From the NCBI GenBank assembly GCA_028700115.1, contig JAQVTI010000001.1, positions 60,001 through 92,000 of the forward strand: DNA of 32,000 nucleotides, read 5' to 3'. The stretch's first letter is position 1. The number at the start of each line of letters is the position of its first letter. The translations under genes were made by a program, and so were the position numbers. Source of the DNA: Candidatus Iainarchaeum sp. (lineage in GTDB: Archaea > Iainarchaeota > Iainarchaeia > Iainarchaeales > CSSED10-239). Under the pieces are notes generated by a model. That model saw only the letters and a program-made list of their open reading frames with translations. It searched no databases and was not told the origin of the DNA. This document shows positions 26,157-32,000 of the stretch, one piece after another.

Positions 26157-27113
26157 TTATAAATTTTTATAAAATAATTTATAAAATATAAAACAATATA
26201 ATAACCCAACAGAAGAAAATAAAATAATAAATAATAAATTTATAAAAGATGCAAATAAAATTGCAAAAACTATTGCAAAATTATTTTTCACTAAATCCAT
26301 AAAAGGCATACTATCAATTGCCTCTAATAAACTAGTCTTAATAGAAACATCATCTAAATTTGCATAAATTTTTTTAAAATCTTTAGAATCATTTGCTGAA
26401 AGAATATTTTTTTCAATATCAGACATATATGAAAGATATTCTTTAACATAAACATCATTTACATATCTTAAAGAATTATATTCATCTGAAGAAGTAATAT
26501 AATTTATAGAAGATAAAGTACTTGCATTTCCTATATTATAAGAAGCATCTAAAAACTTAGAAAAATCATTCCCAACAATTAAATTAACTAAACCAGCTTC
26601 TGACTTTATTGCATATTCATTTTGAGAAGGCATAATTATTATAATACAAATTATAAAAATTATAATTGTAAAAAATAAAGATACTTTTGATAAAGAAAAA
26701 TTACTTATACTTGTAAATTTATCAGACTCCCCAAATTTATTATATGAAAGATACATAATAAATATATGAGCTATTATATAAAGAACAAAAAATAAAATAA
26801 AAACAAAACTTAATGGGAAAACTAAAAAAGAAATTAAAAAACCAAAAAGCATAGAAATTATTGATAAAATAACATTTTCAGAAATATTTGAATTTATTGA
26901 AAATGCAATTATTAATGAAGAAGTTAATGGAAATAATAATATAAACATTAAAAAATTTATTGAAAAAAAGGATGTAAAAATTGGTCCAAGATTTAATGTA
27001 ATTAATTGATTTAAAGAAAAGCCTGATGCTAAATAAAAATATACCCAAAGAATGATTGAAATTGAAATTAAACCAATTTTAAAAAGATTATTTTTAGAAA
27101 ATAACTCACTCAA
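26157..27113 (-). CDS. Polytopic membrane protein, unknown function
   Basis: About five N-terminal helices, a soluble region of about 110 aa and a final helix pair. The only in-frame start near the first helix is TTG at 27113, which forms a TTGA overlap with the map stop. Confidence 0.55.
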   Translation of the reverse strand: MSELFSKNNLFKIGLISISIILWVYFYLASGFSLNQLITLNLGPIFTSFFSINFLMFILLFPLTSSLIIAFSINSNISENVILSIISMLFGFLISFLVFPLSFVFILFFVLYIIAHIFIMYLSYNKFGESDKFTSISNFSLSKVSLFFTIIIFIICIIIIMPSQNEYAIKSEAGLVNLIVGNDFSKFLDASYNIGNASTLSSINYITSSDEYNSLRYVNDVYVKEYLSYMSDIEKNILSANDSKDFKKIYANLDDVSIKTSLLEAIDSMPFMDLVKNNFAIVFAILFASFINLLFIILFSSVGLLYCFIFYKLFYKNL

Positions 27114-28024
27114 ATATTATCAATCCCTACTAAATCTATTAAACCATCTTTTGTAATTATAAAAGTTGTTTCTGCTTGAGAAACATAACTTCCTTTAATA
27201 TCAACTAAAACTGGATAAGCACCAATTATTTCTGATTTTAATAATTCCCTTAATGCAAATTTTCTTGAAAAAGAAGACATATCTTTTCCTACCCAATATT
27301 CTGAAAAAGGTCTATTTTGAAAACTCTTAATTTCTTCTAGAATTTTTTTTGCATCTTTATTTCTAATAGGTTTATCTTCTAAATATTCAAAAATTAAAAT
27401 TTGAGAACCTTCATTTACAAACCCAGAACCTGTTGTTGCAAATGGTTCTATTGCAAAATTTTCTTTAAAATCTGAAAATTTATAAGAAATATCATTAACA
27501 GTATTAGGAATAGAAGGAGTTGCATGAACTACATTTCTAGAAAGAAAATGACCTGTAAGATTTGAAATTGGTTTAAAACCATAAGATTTTATTGTTTCTT
27601 GAACAATTTTACCAATATCTTTTATTTTTGCAGACTTATAATTTTCTTCTAAAAATGTTTTTGAATTAGAAAGTGCTTTTGTAGTAGATTCTTTTAATTT
27701 TTCATGTTTTTTATTAAAAATAATAGTTTGTGATGAATCAGTAATATATCCATCTAAACTAACACCTAAATCCACTTTTAAAACATCATCTTCTTTTAAA
27801 ATAATTTCTTTTTCAAGATCATAAGAACTATGAGCAGCTTGATTATTTAAAGATAAGTTTACTGGCCAAGCTGGAAAAGCTCCTTGTTCAATTATATAAT
27901 CATCGATTTGTTTTCCAAGTTTGCAAATATCTTTACCAGGTTTAAATATTTTTTGTGCAAATTTATGAGATTTAAAACTTATCTCTCCAGATTTTTTTAA
28001 AAGATTAATTTCTTGTTCATTCAC
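27110..28024 (-). CDS. map: Methionine aminopeptidase, type 2 (archaeal M24 family)
   Basis: LLKKSGEISFKSH, FPAWPVNLSLNNQAAHS, DVLKVDLGVSLDGYITDSSQT, LTGH and AQAETTFIIT follow the MetAP2 metal-ligand order. GTG start with GGAAGTG upstream. Confidence 0.85.
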   Translation of the reverse strand: MNEQEINLLKKSGEISFKSHKFAQKIFKPGKDICKLGKQIDDYIIEQGAFPAWPVNLSLNNQAAHSSYDLEKEIILKEDDVLKVDLGVSLDGYITDSSQTIIFNKKHEKLKESTTKALSNSKTFLEENYKSAKIKDIGKIVQETIKSYGFKPISNLTGHFLSRNVVHATPSIPNTVNDISYKFSDFKENFAIEPFATTGSGFVNEGSQILIFEYLEDKPIRNKDAKKILEEIKSFQNRPFSEYWVGKDMSSFSRKFALRELLKSEIIGAYPVLVDIKGSYVSQAETTFIITKDGLIDLVGIDNI

Positions 28025-28065
28025 TAATAAACACTTCCTATTTTTTAAATAAATATTTTTTAAAT

Positions 28066-28578
28066 TTAATTTTTGTTAAAAAAATTACTTTTATAAATAA
28101 ATAATCCTGCAAATAAAGCAACAAAAATACCTATATAATAAGGCATATCTGGGATAGGTATTTTTTCAGAAGATTTTGCAACAGTAAAATATTTTATAAA
28201 AGTATTATTATTAGAATTACCAGTACCTATTGGATCTGAAATTTCAATATATAATGAATGTGGTTGAGTTGATGAAGATAAACCTATATATATTCCATTA
28301 AAATTATGTGATAATACTTTAGAAGAATTTGAAGGAATATTAATATTAATTTTTTCTGTTTTTAATAAAATTGCTTGAGGAGAATAAAATTTAAATGAAA
28401 CCTCTATATTTTCAGTAATTTTAGAATTATTAGAAATAGTTACATTTACATCAAAATTTTCATCAGATGTAATTGAATTTTTTATATAAACATCATTTAT
28501 CCCATAATCTGAATATGCAAAAGCACTTCCAATAATTAAAATAAAACTAAAAAACAAAAATAAATATTTACTTATCAA
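28066..28578 (-). CDS. Small surface protein: signal peptide, CARDB-like beta domain, C-terminal TM anchor
   Basis: LFLFFSFILIIGSAFA, then NFDVNVTISNNSKITENIEVSFKFY (CARDB-like), then the C-terminal YYIGIFVALFAGLFIY. TTG start with AGGTGA 4 nt upstream. Confidence 0.55.
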   Translation of the reverse strand: MISKYLFLFFSFILIIGSAFAYSDYGINDVYIKNSITSDENFDVNVTISNNSKITENIEVSFKFYSPQAILLKTEKININIPSNSSKVLSHNFNGIYIGLSSSTQPHSLYIEISDPIGTGNSNNNTFIKYFTVAKSSEKIPIPDMPYYIGIFVALFAGLFIYKSNFFNKN

Positions 28579-28730
28579 AAAATCACCTTATTTTATATAT
28601 TCTAAAATAGATTTTATATAATTATTATAATTATAATAATTAAAAAGCTTTTGTATTTCTAAAAATAAAATAAATAAAATAATTTATATAAAAAAATAAG
28701 ATTTTAAAAAATAAAAAAAATTAAAAGATT

Positions 28731-29198
28731 CTAAAATTTAGAATCATAAACTCCTTCATTTAAATGTTTAATAACATCTTTAATAGAAATACCATCAACA
28801 GTTACACCCATAGTTTTACAAGTTCCTAAAATTTCTTTTGAAGAAGCTTTTAAATCTTTTGAAACTAATTGATTATATTTTGCTTTTGCAATTTTTATAA
28901 TTTGATCAAAACTTAAATTCCCAACAGTTTCAGTTCCACTTTTTTGTGCACCTTTTTTAATATTTAATTCTTTTTTTATTAAAGCACTTGTTTGTGGGGA
29001 ACCAACTTCTATTGTAAATTTTTTTTTATTATCTATAATTATTTTTACAGGAACTTGTATTCCTTCTAAATCTTTTGTAGCTTCATTAATTGCATTTACA
29101 ACATCCATTGCATTTATCCCTAAAGGACCTAAAGCAGGACCTATTGGAGGACCTGCATTTGCTTTTCCAGCATCTACTAAAACTTTTATTGTACCCAT
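28731..29198 (-). CDS. rpl11: 50S ribosomal protein L11 (uL11)
   Basis: MGTIKVLVDAGKANAGPPIGPALGPLGINAMDVV... is the canonical uL11 N-terminal domain. The ATG at 29198 is preferred over the GTG at 29207. Confidence 0.95.
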   Translation of the reverse strand: MGTIKVLVDAGKANAGPPIGPALGPLGINAMDVVNAINEATKDLEGIQVPVKIIIDNKKKFTIEVGSPQTSALIKKELNIKKGAQKSGTETVGNLSFDQIIKIAKAKYNQLVSKDLKASSKEILGTCKTMGVTVDGISIKDVIKHLNEGVYDSKF

Positions 29199-29210
29199 AT
29201 TAATCACTTT

Positions 29211-29274
29211 TCATATTTTTTTTAAATCATATTTTTTTTAAATTATATTTTTTTTAAATTATATTTTTTTAAAA
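29211..29274. repeat. Four tandem copies of a 16-bp unit (TCATATTTTTTTTAAA x2, TTATATTTTTTTTAAA, TTATATTTTTTTAAAA) in the spt5-rpl11 spacer
   Basis: Direct reading of 29211-29274 shows units 1 and 2 identical, unit 3 with one substitution and unit 4 with one T fewer. On the coding (minus) strand each unit reads TTTAAAAAAAATATGA/TATAA, which is TATA-box-like. Confidence 0.8.
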
Positions 29275-29283
29275 ATAATAAAA

Positions 29284-29721
29284 TTACTCTAAAATTTTTA
29301 TATTTTCCGCTTTAATTGTAATTGGAATTTTAACACTTGCATCAAAAAGCTCAATTACAACTTCTTCTTTTGCAAGATTAATTCTAACAACTTTTGCTCT
29401 AGAACCTTTAAATGGACCTAAAATAATTTCAACAGTTTGACCAGGTTTAATCATACTCATTAAAGGTCTAGATTCTAACACCCCTGCAATTTCATTAATA
29501 TTTATATTTCCTTCAACAATTTTCCCACCTTTTATATGTGGAACATTATGAACTAATATTTCTACTGTTTTTTTAGAATCAGCTTCAACTAACAAATATC
29601 CTTTTAAATCAGCCATTTCTACTATAGAATATACTTCTAATTCATTTTGTTTAATTTTATTAAAAAGTAAATCCATAATTACTTTTTCTTGACCAACAGT
29701 AGTTCTTATTGTAAAAATCAT
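29284..29721 (-). CDS. spt5: Transcription elongation factor Spt5 (archaeal NusG)
   Basis: NGN domain MIFTIRTTVGQEKVIMDLL...GYLLVEA and KOW motif GQTVEIILGPFKGSRAKVVRIN. Its position between secE and rpl11 is conserved. Confidence 0.9.
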   Translation of the reverse strand: MIFTIRTTVGQEKVIMDLLFNKIKQNELEVYSIVEMADLKGYLLVEADSKKTVEILVHNVPHIKGGKIVEGNININEIAGVLESRPLMSMIKPGQTVEIILGPFKGSRAKVVRINLAKEEVVIELFDASVKIPITIKAENIKILE

Positions 29722-29776
29722 ATAATATCACTCATTTTTTAAACATACAAATATATTTTTATAAAAAATTTAATAT

Positions 29777-29944
29777 TTAGTTAATAAAATTAAAAATTAT
29801 CTTAATTAAAAAACCAATTACTCCTATTAAAATTATTCCAATACCAATTATTTTTGACATTAACCAAAATTCTTTTTTTCCAGGCTTTTGAGAAATATTT
29901 AAAATTCTTTTTGAAGATTGTAAAAATTTACTAACTTTACTCAT
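29777..29944 (-). CDS. secE: Preprotein translocase subunit SecE (Sec61gamma); not in the ORF track
   Basis: Hand translation gives MSKVSKFLQSSKRILNISQKPGKKEFWLMSKIIGIGIILIGVIGFLIKIIFNFIN*. It has an amphipathic basic N-terminus, the KP..EF motif and a single TM helix. Its position upstream of spt5 is canonical. Confidence 0.8.
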   Translation of the reverse strand: MSKVSKFLQSSKRILNISQKPGKKEFWLMSKIIGIGIILIGVIGFLIKIIFNFIN

Positions 29945-30031
29945 TTTTATCACATATTTTAAAATATTTATTTTTTAATATTTATTTTTTTTAATTTAAT
30001 TAAAATATATTATTTGTCTAAAATAAAAAAA

Positions 30032-31102
30032 TTAAACACTATCTATTCCAAAATCAATATTCCCGTTTTTTAAAGATTCAGAATCTTCTAAATAAGGTAT
30101 ATTTGCTCCAGCAATTACAACCATAACTTTTACAGTTTTTTTAGATAAATTATCATCAATCATTGCACCCCAAATAATATGTGCATCATCAGAAATTTTA
30201 GATGCAACTGTTTCAACAATCATTTCTGCTTCTTTTAATGTTAAATCATTTCCACCTAAAACATTTACAAGTGCTTTTTTAGATGTAGATATATCTATAT
30301 CTAATAATGGAGAAGTAAGTGCATTTTCTACAGCTTCCATAGCTCTAACATCATTACCTTTATCTAAAGAACTTTCCCCAACACCAATCATTGCCATTCC
30401 ACCTTTTGAAAGTATGGTTCTTAGATCTGCAAAGTCTAAATTAATTATTCCAGCTTTTGTTATAAGTTCTATAATTCCTTTAACTGCTTCTGTTAAAATT
30501 TTATCAACTTCTTGAAAAGCTACATTTAAAGGTAAATCTGGTGCAATTTCTAAAATTTTATCATTTGGAATTATTATTAATGTATCTACTTCTTTTTTTA
30601 ATTTTTCAAGACCAGACAATGCATTTTCAATTCTTTTTTTACCTTCAACAGCAAAAGGTAAAGTCCCAACCCCAATTGTTAAAGCACCCACAGCTCTTGC
30701 TTCTCTTGCAATAACAGGTGCAGCTCCAGTACCTGTTCCTCCTCCAAGTCCACAAGTTACAAAAACCATATCTACATTTTTACAAATATTTTGAATATCT
30801 TCTTTTGATTCTTCAGCAGCAGCTTCTCCAACATCAGGATTAGAACCAGCTCCAAGTCCTCTTGTACTTTTTTTCCCAATTAATATTTTTTTATCTGCTT
30901 TTGCTTTAATTAAAGCTTGAGCATCTGTATTTAATGCTATTGTTTGTGCACCTTCAACACCAACAGCATTCATTCTTTCTAAAGTATTATTCCCAGAACC
31001 CCCCACTCCAAAAACAAATATTTTTGGAAGAGATGCCTGTAAAAATTCTTCAAGTTCTTTATCTTCATTTTTGTAATTATTTTTAGAGTCCAAAAATTCC
31101 AC
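30032..31102 (-). CDS. ftsZ: Cell division GTPase FtsZ
   Basis: [12 protein letters not shown], tubulin signature [22 protein letters not shown] and PNDKIL. The start is ambiguous. The GTG at 31102 is part of a GAGGTG SD-like hexamer, and an in-frame TTG at 31093 lies 6 nt after it. Confidence 0.95.
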   Translation of the reverse strand: MEFLDSKNNYKNEDKELEEFLQASLPKIFVFGVGGSGNNTLERMNAVGVEGAQTIALNTDAQALIKAKADKKILIGKKSTRGLGAGSNPDVGEAAAEESKEDIQNICKNVDMVFVTCGLGGGTGTGAAPVIAREARAVGALTIGVGTLPFAVEGKKRIENALSGLEKLKKEVDTLIIIPNDKILEIAPDLPLNVAFQEVDKILTEAVKGIIELITKAGIINLDFADLRTILSKGGMAMIGVGESSLDKGNDVRAMEAVENALTSPLLDIDISTSKKALVNVLGGNDLTLKEAEMIVETVASKISDDAHIIWGAMIDDNLSKKTVKVMVVIAGANIPYLEDSESLKNGNIDFGIDSV

Positions 31103-31230
31103 CTCAAATATAAAAGTTATAAATATAATATATAATAAATATATATAAAAAGAAGTTTATATAAATAAATAAGTTAAGAAACCTTTAAATAGGAATCTAT
31201 TAACCATAAATTTATTAAAAAGGTGTTAAA

Positions 31231-32000
31231 ATGATAGATAAAGATGTTAAAAAAATTGCTTTAGATATAAAATCAATAAAAATACAAGGTGCAAGTAATA
31301 TTGAAAAAGAAGCAATAAAAATTATTTTAAAATATATTAAAAAAAAAGAAAATATAAAAGAAACACAAATAATTGAATTAAAAGAAAATATAAATCTATT
31401 AATTAATCAAAGACCAAATGAACCAAAATTAAGAAATGCATTAAATTATATATTATATAAAGCAAATATGTACAAATATGAGAATAATAATAAAAAATTA
31501 ATAAATGATATAGAAAAATATGAAACAAAAATAGAAGAATATAATATTAAAGTTTGTGAAATTGCATCAAATCTAATACAAGACGGCACACAAATATTAA
31601 CACATTGTCATTCAAGTTTAGTTGAAAAAACTTTAAAAATAGCTTATGACAAAAAAATTGATTTTCAAGTAATAACAACAGAAACAAGACCAAGATATCA
31701 AGGTAGAATTACTGCTAAAAATTTATGTGATTATGGAATAAACACAACCCAAATTGTAGACTCTGCAGTAGGGCATTTTCTTAAAAAATGTGATTATTTT
31801 TTAACAGGTTCAGATGTTATTTTTTCAGATGGGACAATCATGAATAAAGTTGGAACATATCCAATTTCTATTATGGCAAATTATTTCAAAACTCCTCATA
31901 TAATAATAACTACAACAAATTGTTGCGAATTAAATGATTTAAAAAATATAAAAGAAGAAATAGAAGAAAGAGATTCTAATGAAATTTGGAATGAAAAAGA
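31231..32000 (+). CDS. IF-2B family protein (aIF-2B delta-like / ribose-1,5-bisphosphate isomerase-like), 3' end outside the window
   Basis: ATG at 31231 preceded by AGGTG. ILTHCHSSLVEKTL, VITTETRPRYQGRITAKNL, IVDSAVGHF, LTGSDVIFSDGTIMNKVGTYPISIMA match the IF-2B/MtnA fold family. The frame is open to the window edge. Confidence 0.8.
   Translation, partial: MIDKDVKKIALDIKSIKIQGASNIEKEAIKIILKYIKKKENIKETQIIELKENINLLINQRPNEPKLRNALNYILYKANMYKYENNNKKLINDIEKYETKIEEYNIKVCEIASNLIQDGTQILTHCHSSLVEKTLKIAYDKKIDFQVITTETRPRYQGRITAKNLCDYGINTTQIVDSAVGHFLKKCDYFLTGSDVIFSDGTIMNKVGTYPISIMANYFKTPHIIITTTNCCELNDLKNIKEEIEERDSNEIWNEK

Noticed and set aside
26157-27113. The 318-aa polytopic membrane protein as the missing FlaJ/PilC/TadC platform for the ATPase
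   Set aside because: It lies on the opposite strand in a different operon (coupled to map) and is about half the usual platform size. It lacks the repeated cytoplasmic helical (T2SSF-like) domain architecture: it has a cluster of N-terminal helices, one soluble region and a C-terminal helix pair.
29211-29274. Tandem 16-bp repeats as a miniature CRISPR array
   Set aside because: The units are directly abutting with no spacers and are far shorter than CRISPR repeats. No cas genes are present.
1-32000. Mobile elements, prophage, integrase/transposase, tRNA or rRNA genes
   Set aside because: No ORF shows recombinase, transposase or phage structural motifs. No G+C-rich cloverleaf-like or rRNA-like stretch stands out from the AT-rich background. 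The only G+C-containing non-coding element is the simple hairpin at 35-74, which cannot fold as a tRNA.

Overview
This is a gene-dense, extremely AT-rich 32-kb segment. Its core genes are archaeal: an ftsZ-secE-spt5-rpl11 block, Sec61beta, a type-2 methionine aminopeptidase, an IF-2B-family protein and a FlaI/PilB-type ATPase. Lys/Asn/Ile-biased proteins, tiny intergenic gaps and many 4-nt overlap-coupled genes suggest a streamlined, DPANN-like archaeon, but that taxonomic call is inference only. Blocks: (1) 81-2660 is an oxidative-damage island, ogg-dfx-[PIN-like/UPF0175 pair]-rbr. (2) 2753-5745 encodes a coiled-coil protein, a PEGA/CARDB-like surface protein and a methyltransferase. (3) 5753-15742 is a large glycan cluster. 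It combines bacterial teichoic-acid-type enzymes (TagD, TagB/F-like, TagA-like) with a Wzx flippase, GT4, a GT-A enzyme, a methyltransferase and a frameshifted sulfotransferase. A GtrA/GtrB-like/GT-C trio sits next to it. (4) 15744-16452 holds a PIN gene broken by one in-frame TAG plus a tiny membrane ORF. (5) 16672-24654 is a putative surface-filament/adhesion locus: a wHTH protein, an 803-aa LamG/DUF2341-like protein, three N-terminally anchored or pilin-like proteins, a coiled-coil protein and a secretion ATPase with a long N-terminal extension. No platform protein or prepilin peptidase is visible. (6) 24694-28578 is a map operon with membrane and surface proteins. (7) 28731-31102 is the housekeeping block. 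(8) 31231-end is an IF-2B-family gene that runs off the window. I recognised no rRNA, tRNA, CRISPR array, transposase or integrase. Three small genes absent from the ORF track were found by hand translation: Sec61beta, SecE and a 47-aa membrane peptide. All family assignments rest on motifs recognised by eye, not on database searches.
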